From a virus: 64,000 bases of DNA. The stretch covers positions 1 to 64,000 of IMG/VR virus record IMGVR_UViG_3300045988_130114; one strand, given 5' to 3'. The stretch's first letter is position 1, and each line of letters starts with the position of its first letter. The notes under the pieces are model-generated. The model was not told the origin of the DNA. It worked only from the letters and a program-made list of their open reading frames with translations, and ran no database searches. The translations under genes and the position numbers were made by a program. Positions 24,430-33,325 of the stretch are shown in pieces.

Positions 24430-25954
24430 AAAAAAGAAACTCATAAGTGAAATTATAGCGTATTGGTCGAAGGATTGGAATAAATTTGTCCGTGATGCAT
24501 TATGCGCAAGATTAGATCGTGAGCAGCAAGCTATTATTGAGTCTGTCCAACATAACCCCATGACTGCTGTTGCAAGTGGAACTGCTCGTGGAAAAGATTT
24601 TGTTGCGGCCTGTGCTTCGTTGTGTTTTATGTATCTTACTCCTAGATTTAATGAAAAAGGTGTGCTTGTTGGGAATACCAAGGTGGCCATGACAGCACCA
24701 ACAGGGAGGCAAGTGAAAAATATTATGACTCCTGAAATCAGAAGGTTGATTCGTGCAGCAAGGGCAAAGTTTCCTTTTTGTTGTCCAGGCAGATTGGTTG
24801 CTGATGACATAAGAACGGATTATGAAGAATGGTTTTTGACAGGATTTAAAGCAAATGACAACGCAACTGAATCATGGTCGGGATTTCATGCAGCAAATAC
24901 CATGTTTGTTATCACGGAGGCATCAGGTATATCCGAAATTGTTTATAATGCGATAGAAGGTAACTTACAGGGAAATTCTCGGATGCTCATAGTGTTTAAT
25001 CCTAATATTACTACTGGATATGCATCTAGAGCCATGAAATCAGAACGTTTTGCTAAGTTTAGGCTTAGTTCTCTTAATGCGGAGAATGTGGTAAAAAAAC
25101 AAGTTATAATTCCAGGTCAAGTAGATTATGAATGGGTAAAAGACAAAGTAATAAATTGGTGCTCTCCCATTCAGCAAACGGACTTTAATGAGGGAGAAGG
25201 CGATTTCAAATGGGAAGGTAGCCTATACCGACCTAATGATTTATTTCGAGTTAAGGTACTTGGTATGTTCCCAAAAGTTTCTGAAGATGTACTTATACCT
25301 TATGAATGGATAGAGATAGCAAACAGGAATTGGCAAGAATTACAAGCAAACGGTTTCATTCCTGTTAAATCTTGCAAGTTAGGGGTTGACGTTGCCGGTA
25401 TGGGACGAGACAATAGTGTGCTTTGTCCGAGATATGGAAACTATATTACTCAATTTGAAGTGCATCAATCTGCTGGACGTGCGGATCACATGCATGTAGT
25501 AGGTATGACAATACCATATTTAAAGAAGAAGGGAGCAAAAGCATTTATTGATACGATAGGAGAGGGTGCAGGTGTCTATTCTCGTTTGTTGGAGGAAGAA
25601 TTTACAAATGCTTTTTCATGTAAATATTCAGAAGGTGCGGATGGATTGCATGATATTACCGGAGAATATGAATTTGCCAATATGCGAGCATATTTGTATT
25701 GGGCTTTGCGTGATTGGCTCAATCCTAAAAATGGATTTGGTGCAGCTTTACCCCCATGTGATCAGTTGATGGAAGAAGCGACTGAAACTAAATGGAAGTT
25801 TCTTAGTAATGGAAAGATTATCATTGAGGCTAAAGAAGACATCAAAAAACGTATCAAGCGTTCTCCTGACTATATGGATGCATTAGCGAATACATTCTAT
25901 CCTAGGGATTACAGCTTTATTAGCGATGAAGAGCTGCTCAAAGATTTTTTGTAG
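24413..25954 (+). CDS. terL: terminase large subunit
   Basis: 513 aa; ATPase-like ASGTARGKDF and nuclease-half motifs LGVDVAGMGRD / IDTIGEGAG; position before the portal. Confidence 0.85.
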   Translation: MVTKDEKKKLISEIIAYWSKDWNKFVRDALCARLDREQQAIIESVQHNPMTAVASGTARGKDFVAACASLCFMYLTPRFNEKGVLVGNTKVAMTAPTGRQVKNIMTPEIRRLIRAARAKFPFCCPGRLVADDIRTDYEEWFLTGFKANDNATESWSGFHAANTMFVITEASGISEIVYNAIEGNLQGNSRMLIVFNPNITTGYASRAMKSERFAKFRLSSLNAENVVKKQVIIPGQVDYEWVKDKVINWCSPIQQTDFNEGEGDFKWEGSLYRPNDLFRVKVLGMFPKVSEDVLIPYEWIEIANRNWQELQANGFIPVKSCKLGVDVAGMGRDNSVLCPRYGNYITQFEVHQSAGRADHMHVVGMTIPYLKKKGAKAFIDTIGEGAGVYSRLLEEEFTNAFSCKYSEGADGLHDITGEYEFANMRAYLYWALRDWLNPKNGFGAALPPCDQLMEEATETKWKFLSNGKIIIEAKEDIKKRIKRSPDYMDALANTFYPRDYSFISDEELLKDFL

Positions 25955-25958
25955 TTGT

Positions 25959-25977
25959 GTTTCTTTTAGTACCTTTG
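25959..25977 (+). promoter_or_regulatory. phage promoter motif GTTTCTTTTAGTACCTTTG
   Basis: Same 19-nt register as the late motif, ending in TAccTTTG. Confidence 0.4.
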
Positions 25978-25982
25978 TAGCC

Positions 25983-26005
25983 GAAAACACTTCTTTTGTG
26001 TTTTC
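25983..26005 (+). other. RNA hairpin (8-bp stem GAAAACAC/GTGTTTTC)
   Basis: Direct reading; lies right after the promoter-like box and the terL stop. Confidence 0.45.
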
Positions 26006-26191
26006 ATTGCTCTTATGTGTGCTGGCTTGTGAAAGTCGGCACCATTTTTGTTTATAGCAAAAGTTAAATCTTTGGTTATGAGTGTTTTATGACTAAAATA
26101 ATTGTGTAAATATTTGGCTAATCCATTGATAATGAGTATCTTTACAATACTAAAAGAAACCAATATTACTAACAATTAAAATATAAGAGCA

Positions 26192-26476
26192 ATGAAAGCA
26201 ACAGACCTCTTCAATTATAGAAAAGAAGATTTTGAAACTATTGAATCATTCTCAAAGAGAGTATATGAGACAGCAAAGAGATATAGAAGTTCTTTGCACT
26301 TTACACCACAAGAAAGCTATCACGTACTAACTATACTTGCGAAATATTATAATGAGAACGTGTCTGACATCCTTTCTGCTATAAGAGACATTGAATTTAG
26401 ATGTGCTTCAAAGAAATACAGAATACAGTGGGTAAAGTGTTTAGCAGACCATTATTTGGTAATAGATAAAAGATAA
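26192..26476 (+). CDS. hypothetical protein
   Basis: ORF track; AGAGCAATG start context. Confidence 0.5.
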   Translation: MKATDLFNYRKEDFETIESFSKRVYETAKRYRSSLHFTPQESYHVLTILAKYYNENVSDILSAIRDIEFRCASKKYRIQWVKCLADHYLVIDKR

Positions 26477-26485
26477 GTTTAACCA

Positions 26486-26503
26486 GCAGGGCGAAAGCCC
26501 TGC
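26486..26503 (+). terminator. GC-rich GNRA-tetraloop hairpin (GCAGGGC-GAAA-GCCCTGC)
   Basis: 7-bp perfect stem; no T tract, so terminator function is uncertain. Confidence 0.3.
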
Positions 26504-26518
26504 GCAATATACACAATT

Positions 26519-26683
26519 ATGAAAACAGATTGGACAATAACAGTGATGAATCCCAAAACAAGACGTGTAACAACTGAACGAATCCTCGGAACAGAGGAAA
26601 ACCTTGCAGAATATGTGAGAACAATGGCTGAATCAGAATGGTTGATAATATCAATAAACAATACATTTGTTGAACTAAAATAA
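26519..26683 (+). CDS. hypothetical 54-aa protein
   Basis: Hand translation MKTDWTITVMNPKTRRVTTERILGTEENLAEYVRTMAESEWLIISINNTFVELK*. Confidence 0.35.
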   Translation: MKTDWTITVMNPKTRRVTTERILGTEENLAEYVRTMAESEWLIISINNTFVELK

Positions 26684-26801
26684 TAAGATTATGGACAAGA
26701 AAGAAATACAAGCAGCCTTTTGTCAAAGGGTAAACGACATCTATATGAAGCTAACAAGCGACTATAATAAAAATAGATATTGACAAAGAATACTAATATT
26801 T

Positions 26802-26825
26802 ACACCTAGGTGTACACCTGGGTGT
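26802..26825. repeat. two abutting 12-bp palindromes ACACCTAGGTGT / ACACCTGGGTGT
   Basis: Direct reading; the first is a perfect palindrome, the second differs at one position. Confidence 0.8.
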
Positions 26826-26934
26826 AGGCTTGTTTTGTTTATTCTTTTGCACCTTTATCTCATTCGAGGTAGCGGTTTTCTTTTTCTATCATGGCAGGAA
26901 TCGAAAACCTAAATGAAGCCAGTAGTTATGTATA

Positions 26935-27066
26935 ATGAAGGAAGAGATAACCTTTGAAGCTATGCCTAAAGCAATAGCATACCTCATCACCAAAGTAGAG
27001 GATTTAGAGAAAGTTCTATTAGAAAAGAATGAAGCACCATCTGCACCAGTAGATAAATGGCGATAA
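26935..27066 (+). pseudogene. truncated N-terminal fragment of a Bacteroides excisionase-type HTH_17 protein
   Basis: MKEEITFEAMPKAIAYLITKVEDLEKVLLEK...DKWR* stops exactly where the HTH normally begins in this family (recalled architecture). Confidence 0.4.
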
Positions 27067-27135
27067 ATTTACATCTGATGAAATAGTGGGTATTAAAGCT
27101 AAATTACAAAATTAGATACTCTTAAAGCGGCATTT

Positions 27136-27185
27136 AATAGCACTTAGTAGACACAAATAAAGTGGCTATTAAGTGCTATTTTTTT
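27136..27185 (+). terminator. intrinsic terminator
   Basis: 11-bp stem AATAGCACTTA/TAAGTGCTATT followed by a T7 run. Confidence 0.6.
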
Positions 27186-27326
27186 GTTTGATATTAGGTT
27201 AATTTTCTTGTTTATGTTTGCATTGTTCTTACAACGGTGATAGTTGGTAACACCGTTTTGAATGAGCAAATAGGCAGAACCGACCAACGTTCTGCATTAA
27301 GGCTCTTCCATATAAAAACAAGAACA

Positions 27327-27602
27327 ATGGAAGAAAAGATTAATCAGATTTTAGTTTATACCTTATTGGCAGCAAAGAACGTGCTGACATTGGATGATGT
27401 ATCGCTATTAACTGGGCTTAGTAAAAGTCATTTGTATAAACTTACCTGTAATCGTCAAATACCGCACTACAAACCTAATGGAAAACAGTTGTACTTTGAT
27501 CGTACTGAAATAGAAGCATGGATGAAGCAGGGGAAAGTGAATACTATTGATGAAAGTGAACAGATGGCAGCTGTTTATTTAGCAAAGGCTTCAAGGAAGT
27601 AA
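27327..27602 (+). CDS. excisionase/AlpA-like HTH_17 DNA-binding protein
   Basis: ATG 27327; LTLDDVSLLTGLSKSHLYKLTCNRQIPHYKPNGKQLYFDRTEIEAWM. Confidence 0.7.
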   Translation: MEEKINQILVYTLLAAKNVLTLDDVSLLTGLSKSHLYKLTCNRQIPHYKPNGKQLYFDRTEIEAWMKQGKVNTIDESEQMAAVYLAKASRK

Positions 27603-27701
27603 GGAGGTAGGCTATGGAAAAAAAGAAAAAGGGCAGTCTCCACAACCACCCAATTCCATGATGATGAGGCAAAGATAGAAAAAGAAAATGGAATAAACAA
27701 G

Positions 27702-27920
27702 GTGTACAATAATAAAGACGATTATTATTTTGATAGTTGTTCTTTTCATCCGATTGGTACATTAGTGGACAGACAAGGACAAGAGATACTAACAGATAGG
27801 TACATTATAAGAGGTAGATATAATGATTTCGTCAAAGAGTTTGATCACAATCCTACCGATCGAGAGATAAACAACGCTTTAGTTTTTAGATTTGGTCTCA
27901 ATTCAGGTTTTTTAATGTAA
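27702..27920 (+). CDS. hypothetical protein
   Basis: ORF track; GTG start. Confidence 0.3.
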   Translation: MYNNKDDYYFDSCSFHPIGTLVDRQGQEILTDRYIIRGRYNDFVKEFDHNPTDREINNALVFRFGLNSGFLM

Positions 27921-28273
27921 TTAATCCAACAGATTTCTGGATATCATAATATACACGATTATGAAAGCAGATTTAGTTTTAATGATTAGCCCCGAATCCC
28001 CACTGATGAAGCAACTGGCAAAGTGTTGGGTAAGTTATGTACTATGTACGACTTCTATACCATAGACAAAAGGTATGTCACGATACGGTATGATAAAACA
28101 AGTCTTGCAGTAGCTTATACGAGTGAAGAAAGATTGAATTTATCCAAGAAATGATAAAAAAATAATCGTAAATACTTTGTCAATCCAAATAATATTACTA
28201 TATTTACATATATAAAAGAACTAATTAATACCCATCGCACGGGCGTGAGACACACGTAGAAACTGTTTTTATT

Positions 28274-28582
28274 ATGGCAACTTACAGAATCATCGCAAAA
28301 ACAAATGGCTACATTGCCAACAGAGACATCCAATTTAATGGTAGGACAGAAATAATCGTTGAAAGAGAATTGACTCTAAAAGAGGCTTATAAGATGCTTC
28401 TTGATATGTTCAATGAAAAGTATGCCGACAACGAAGAAGTAGGATACGCCGCCAACTGGGGTATTGCCGTTATCCGTTCACGCAAGTATGTGGATGGTGC
28501 TACACCTACATTCAGTGATGGTACCCGATCTTTCGATTGGGATGGAAGAAGCTATGTGATTGAAGCAGAAGAAGTAGAATAA
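28274..28582 (+). CDS. hypothetical protein
   Basis: ORF track. Confidence 0.5.
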   Translation: MATYRIIAKTNGYIANRDIQFNGRTEIIVERELTLKEAYKMLLDMFNEKYADNEEVGYAANWGIAVIRSRKYVDGATPTFSDGTRSFDWDGRSYVIEAEEVE

Positions 28583-28627
28583 TAATTAATCTTATAAGCT
28601 GTGCTATCGGCATGACGGGCAAAGAAT

Positions 28628-28810
28628 ATGAAAATATTATATTGCAATAACAGTGAATTACTTGAGATATTTGAAAGTAACAGTATTGAAATGATTTGTA
28701 ATGAAGATATGCAAATTGAAATCTCAGATGAAGATGCTTTAAGAATTGGAACAATCGTAGATAAGTTTGCGCCTGCTGCAAGTGGCGATTATTCAATAGA
28801 AGATAAATAA
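28628..28810 (+). CDS. hypothetical protein
   Basis: ORF track. Confidence 0.4.
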   Translation: MKILYCNNSELLEIFESNSIEMICNEDMQIEISDEDALRIGTIVDKFAPAASGDYSIEDK

Positions 28811-28811
28811 T

Positions 28812-29219
28812 ATGACCAACAGATTTAAATTAGAACATAGTCAAGACCTGCCAAACTGGTGGGTCTTGACTGATATAGAGAACTTGATAGTATGTAAGTT
28901 TAAAGAACACGAGTTCAACGAAACTCAAAGGATTACCATTCTTGATGATAGCAAGTATGCGAACAACTCGAATTGTGCCAACGAAATAGCGCACATCATG
29001 GCAGAGATGGGCGACTATATGTTTTCCCATTGGTATTCGATAGCTTTGCCTACACCAGTATTTGAGTTTCGGCAAGATGATAAAAATGATAGATTATTGC
29101 TTATTCGTAATAAATTTCCAAAGTATACTATTGAGATACAAGATGATTATGATTTAAAGCAATTATCTGATGCCTTAAAAGCATGTGGTGAGTTTGTGAA
29201 AAAGGTATCTAAGCATTAG
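28812..29219 (+). CDS. hypothetical protein
   Basis: ORF track. Confidence 0.5.
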   Translation: MTNRFKLEHSQDLPNWWVLTDIENLIVCKFKEHEFNETQRITILDDSKYANNSNCANEIAHIMAEMGDYMFSHWYSIALPTPVFEFRQDDKNDRLLLIRNKFPKYTIEIQDDYDLKQLSDALKACGEFVKKVSKH

Positions 29220-29255
29220 ATAAAAATAAAGTTACTTAAAAGTCGCATTATTATA

Positions 29256-29274
29256 GTCACTTTTATTATATTTG
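29256..29274 (+). promoter_or_regulatory. late promoter motif GTCACTTTTATTATATTTG
   Basis: One of four copies in an identical 19-nt register, ending in the Bacteroides -7 box TAnnTTTG; AAAAGTCGCA box at 29238-29247. Confidence 0.55.
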
Positions 29275-29312
29275 CACCGTAGCATTTGATGCTAACGTGC
29301 TCCTTCACGTTT

Positions 29313-29343
29313 CCGGATAGTGCGTATTGTGCTATCCGGTTTT
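29313..29343 (+). terminator. terminator/attenuator-like hairpin in the portal leader
   Basis: 8-bp stem CCGGATAG/CTATCCGG followed by TTTT, between the promoter motif and the portal ATG. Confidence 0.45.
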
Positions 29344-29375
29344 GGGGGGAGTATTTATATATGTTCAACTAATCA

Positions 29376-29393
29376 CCGTATGAAGAAGTACGG
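29376..29393 (+). promoter_or_regulatory. conserved leader hairpin CCGTA-TGAAGAAG-TACGG(AAC)
   Basis: Same hairpin type as at 33198, 41129 and 45753. Confidence 0.5.
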
Positions 29394-29401
29394 AACAGCC
29401 T

Positions 29402-30802
29402 ATGGACGAAATTACCGCTATCTTAGACAATACCCGGCCCGTTGATAATATTATCAACGATTTAAAAGAAAAGTCTGTAACAGTCCCATCATGGGATAAA
29501 CTTCTCAAAGACTACGAACCTACAGAGCATGAGATTGTATCTGACACAGTTACTCGTAAAGACAAAGTCCGTTCTAATGGAGATACAGAGAGAGCTTCGC
29601 GTATCTATATAGGGCTTGAAAAACTTCTCACCAAGCGAATGACTGAATTCATGTTCGCTATTCCGGTTAAACGTGTATATCATAACATAGAAGATAATGA
29701 AACCCGCCAAAGTATTGTGAAAGCAATTGAAGCGATATATAAGTATGCTCGTATTGATAGTGAAAATATTAAGCGAGGCAATGCTTACTTTGCTTCATGT
29801 GAAGTGTTCACCATTTGGTACACGGTCGAGAGTCCCAACACTCTATATGGCTTTAAAAGTAAATATAAGCTAAAATGCAAAACTTATTCACCAATGGACG
29901 GTGTTAGGTTATATCCTTTACTTGATGAACTTGGTGATATGATCGCAATGTCTTTTGAGTACACTAGAAAGGTGAAAAATGAAGAAGTTACTTTCTTTGA
30001 AACATACACGTCAAACATCCATTATAAATGGAAACAACAGGGAAACGGCTGGGAATTAGTAAAATTAGAACCGGTCGTTATTATGAAAATCCCTGGAGTC
30101 TACACCTATCGTCCTGTTCCCATTTATCACGGTCTTTCCTATATCAGAAAAGAAATCGAATATACTCTGTCACGTAATAGCGATGTCATCGCATATAATT
30201 CCGCTCCTATCTTAAAAATAGCTGGTGGCATGAAAGGAGGAGAAGATAAAGGAGAAAGCCGTAGAGTTTACCGCGTAGAACAAAACGGGGATGTGTCTTA
30301 TGTTTCATGGGCGCAATCTATCGAGGCGTTAAAATACCATGTAGACACCCTTGTTAAACTGTTCTGGTCACAATCCCAAATGCCGGATATTTCCTTTGAA
30401 AACATGAAGTCTCTTGGCAATATTGGATTTGATGCAAGGCAGACTTTACTTACTGACGCTCATTTAAAGGTTGGAGATGAAAGTGGTGCATGGATAGAAA
30501 CGTTTGAACGTGAATGTAGCGTAATCAGAGCTTTCTTGAAAATGATGAATGTTTCTTGGAAAGATGAAGTAGATAATGTTGAGGTTGAGCATGTCATAAC
30601 TCCGTTTATTCAAAATGATGAAAAGTCAGAAATAGAAAAGTGGGTTACGGCAAGTGGCGGAAAGGCAGTTGTCAGCCAATTAGAAGCCATCAAAAACTTA
30701 GGTATCTCTACTGATCCACAAGAAACTCTTTCCCAAATTCAAAAAGAAGATGCAGAGGCTTCCAAAAGCAGGATAAGCAATATATTCGAACAATCGGAAT
30801 AA
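29402..30802 (+). CDS. portal protein
   Basis: 466 aa; first large gene of the head module after the terminase; call based on size and position, no sharp motif. Confidence 0.6.
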   Translation: MDEITAILDNTRPVDNIINDLKEKSVTVPSWDKLLKDYEPTEHEIVSDTVTRKDKVRSNGDTERASRIYIGLEKLLTKRMTEFMFAIPVKRVYHNIEDNETRQSIVKAIEAIYKYARIDSENIKRGNAYFASCEVFTIWYTVESPNTLYGFKSKYKLKCKTYSPMDGVRLYPLLDELGDMIAMSFEYTRKVKNEEVTFFETYTSNIHYKWKQQGNGWELVKLEPVVIMKIPGVYTYRPVPIYHGLSYIRKEIEYTLSRNSDVIAYNSAPILKIAGGMKGGEDKGESRRVYRVEQNGDVSYVSWAQSIEALKYHVDTLVKLFWSQSQMPDISFENMKSLGNIGFDARQTLLTDAHLKVGDESGAWIETFERECSVIRAFLKMMNVSWKDEVDNVEVEHVITPFIQNDEKSEIEKWVTASGGKAVVSQLEAIKNLGISTDPQETLSQIQKEDAEASKSRISNIFEQSE

Positions 30803-30822
30803 CAATCTAAAATATAAATATT

Positions 30823-31113
30823 ATGGCAAAAACTGATGTACTAAAATTTAGTAAAGAAAAACAGGGTTATTCCTGTGAATTTATTTCTGTTGGTAAATGT
30901 GCAATACAGATAGACAGAGAAAAAAATGGGACGCTTATTATATACGCAAAGATAGAAGGAATGGAGTATGCACTATTGTACCAATACTCTTCCACTCAAT
31001 TTAATGACAATGTTATTTTTGAGCTTGACGTACAAAAGGGGCTGTCCGTCAAAATAGTAAGTGAGGTAGGCGTCATGAGTGCAAAAATGGCTTATGAAGA
31101 TGAAGGTTTATAG
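30823..31113 (+). CDS. hypothetical protein
   Basis: ORF track. Confidence 0.5.
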   Translation: MAKTDVLKFSKEKQGYSCEFISVGKCAIQIDREKNGTLIIYAKIEGMEYALLYQYSSTQFNDNVIFELDVQKGLSVKIVSEVGVMSAKMAYEDEGL

Positions 31114-31187
31114 CCTATCTGCCAAGTTGTAGAAAAGGTTTAGACTGCGTAAGTATATGTTTGTGCAGCTGGCTTAAATTAAATATA

Positions 31188-31535
31188 ATGAAGAAAAGAA
31201 TATCAAATTGGCTTATTAGATTGGCAGAGAAGATCAATCCACAAGAACGATTGAGGAGTATTGAAAGGATTGATAATTACGAAGCCAAGAAGTTAGGCAT
31301 CTGTCTTGTCCGTACTAAAAAAGAAATCAAGGATTATCGTAAGAAGATGAAACTTGACGAAGGTTGGTCTAATCGGGAATCAGATGAAATGCTTATCAAA
31401 GAAGTAAAAAATGAAGTCCGCCAATCGATTATAAACTCTATCATTCAAAGAGGGTTGATAGAATATTATGTTGAAAAAGTCGGTGACGCACTTCATGTTA
31501 CCGGTGAAATCAAAGTATATATCAAGAAAGAATAG
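31188..31535 (+). CDS. hypothetical protein
   Basis: ATG 31188 within ORF 31161-31535. Confidence 0.45.
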   Translation: MKKRISNWLIRLAEKINPQERLRSIERIDNYEAKKLGICLVRTKKEIKDYRKKMKLDEGWSNRESDEMLIKEVKNEVRQSIINSIIQRGLIEYYVEKVGDALHVTGEIKVYIKKE

Positions 31536-31536
31536 T

Positions 31537-31899
31537 ATGAAAGTTCCAATAGATAATATAACTTTTGCTGAAAGTGAATATCATCGTGGAAATAAGATTT
31601 GGAAAGCCCAAACACTCTACGACTTTGCAAAAGCAAAAGAATACCCAGTGCTTAATATGCCACTATGGAATATAGACCTTACCGCTGAGCCATTTGAGTG
31701 TAATCAGCTTCATAGTTTCATTTTCCAATGCAAAAGAGTGAATCAATGTTCTCTTAAATACCCTATTATTCTTGATGAAGTAGGTCAAATTGCTGATGGC
31801 TATCATCGTTTATGCAAAGCTATATTAGAGGGTAAGGAAACAATTAAAGCTATTCGGTTATTGGAAATGCCGGCACCTGATAGAATTTTGGAGGAATAA
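31537..31899 (+). CDS. ParB/Srx-like domain protein
   Basis: ATG 31537; ILDEVGQIADGYHRLCKAI (DGxHR motif). Confidence 0.55.
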   Translation: MKVPIDNITFAESEYHRGNKIWKAQTLYDFAKAKEYPVLNMPLWNIDLTAEPFECNQLHSFIFQCKRVNQCSLKYPIILDEVGQIADGYHRLCKAILEGKETIKAIRLLEMPAPDRILEE

Positions 31900-32025
31900 A
31901 TATGAAAAAACATGCAAAAGTCATTACAGTGGAATATGTGGTTCAAGATTGTCCGATCTATGGTAAGATTATTGTAAAACATCATCTATATCCACAGACA
32001 GCAAAGATAAAAAGTATATGAAATA

Positions 32026-33063
32026 ATGGCAAAGCCTAAGATTCCAAATCAGAAAAAGAAGTATCAAGAACTCAACGAGAGATTAAGCAGATATGTATCC
32101 CTCGTTGAGCAAATATACGATACACTGAATTTGGAAGCAGCCAAGGCTGTTTCACGCACTCAATATTCCTCCGATAGTGATAAACCGTTTAAATGGTCTG
32201 ACTATCCTCAAACTAAAAAACAAATTGACGACATACAAAGACATTTCGTAGAAGATATAAACGCAATTATCTATCGCGGTACGACCGAAGAATGGAAAAA
32301 TAGTAATGAAGCACAGGATTTGATAGCAAACAGAGTATTAAAAGCATATAACGCACAAGTTGATAGAGAGAAATATAAAGTCTTGTATCAAACAAATTCA
32401 GATGCTCTGAAAGCATTCCAGAGTCGAAAAGATAAAGGGCTCAATATATCTGCAAAACTTTGGCAGCAATCTATGATCTACAAAGAAGAATTGGAGGCTG
32501 CAATCTCATGCGCTATTAAAAAAGGAACTAGTGCTGTTACGTTGAGTAAGCAAATAAGCAAGTATTTACTTAATTTTCCATCACTGCAAAAAGATTATAA
32601 AAGCAAATATGGAAGTGCGGAACATATACAAGATTGTGAGTACAGATCTATTCGTTTAGCCCGTTCAGAAATAAACATGGCTTATAGAACAGCCGAAAAT
32701 GAACGTTGGAAGCAGATGGATTTTGTCGTAGGATACGAAATAAAATTGAGCTCATCACATCATAGTCGTATGCCTCATGGAGACATTTGTGATACTCTTG
32801 CAGGTAAATATCCAAAAGATTTCACATGGACAGGATGGCACCCGAATGACTTATGTTATAAAGTTCCTATCCTCAAAACAGAAGAAGAATTCTGGGAATG
32901 GGATGGGCGTAGTGATTCCACAACTGAAAGCGTGAATGAAGTCAAGGATGTGCCGGATGCATTCAAACAGTGGGTTGGCACAAATTCGAAACGCATAGTA
33001 GACGCAAAGAAGAAAGGCACTTTGCCATATTTTTTAAAGGATAACCCGTTATATCTTAAATAA
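32026..33063 (+). CDS. head morphogenesis protein (Mu F / SPP1 gp7-like)
   Basis: 345 aa downstream of the portal; SSHHSRMPHGDICD..GWHPNDLC Cys/His cluster typical of the family. Confidence 0.5.
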   Translation: MAKPKIPNQKKKYQELNERLSRYVSLVEQIYDTLNLEAAKAVSRTQYSSDSDKPFKWSDYPQTKKQIDDIQRHFVEDINAIIYRGTTEEWKNSNEAQDLIANRVLKAYNAQVDREKYKVLYQTNSDALKAFQSRKDKGLNISAKLWQQSMIYKEELEAAISCAIKKGTSAVTLSKQISKYLLNFPSLQKDYKSKYGSAEHIQDCEYRSIRLARSEINMAYRTAENERWKQMDFVVGYEIKLSSSHHSRMPHGDICDTLAGKYPKDFTWTGWHPNDLCYKVPILKTEEEFWEWDGRSDSTTESVNEVKDVPDAFKQWVGTNSKRIVDAKKKGTLPYFLKDNPLYLK

Positions 33064-33170
33064 TAACCACTGAGATGCAATTACACTTAGTTTCACGGCA
33101 CAAGGTACAAGATTACTGCTGTTCGTGAGTTTATTATGATAGTTTAACATGAAAAGTGGCATTTTTTAAT

Positions 33171-33189
33171 GTCACTTTTATTACCTTTG
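33171..33189 (+). promoter_or_regulatory. late promoter motif GTCACTTTTATTACCTTTG
   Basis: Identical register to 29256; forms the palindrome AAAAGTGGCA-N8-TGTCACTTTT with 33152-33161. Confidence 0.55.
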
Positions 33190-33197
33190 TATCAGAT

Positions 33198-33215
33198 GCG
33201 TATGAAGACGTACGC
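33198..33215 (+). promoter_or_regulatory. conserved leader hairpin GCGTA-TGAAGACG-TACGC
   Basis: Direct reading, 9 nt after the -7 box. Confidence 0.5.
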
Positions 33216-33325
33216 CACAGAACTTGTCGTAAAGACTCATTGCTCTAATGTTTAGTAAAGTTCTAGCGAATAGTCTGCTGGTATACGTGCTATGCAGGCT
33301 ATTTTAGTAACTAAAACATTGTACA

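Noticed and set aside
26780-26799. Sigma-70-like TTGACA and TAATAT upstream of the twin palindromes.
   Set aside because: Only about 8 nt separate the two hexamers (17 are needed), and Bacteroidota promoters do not use this consensus.
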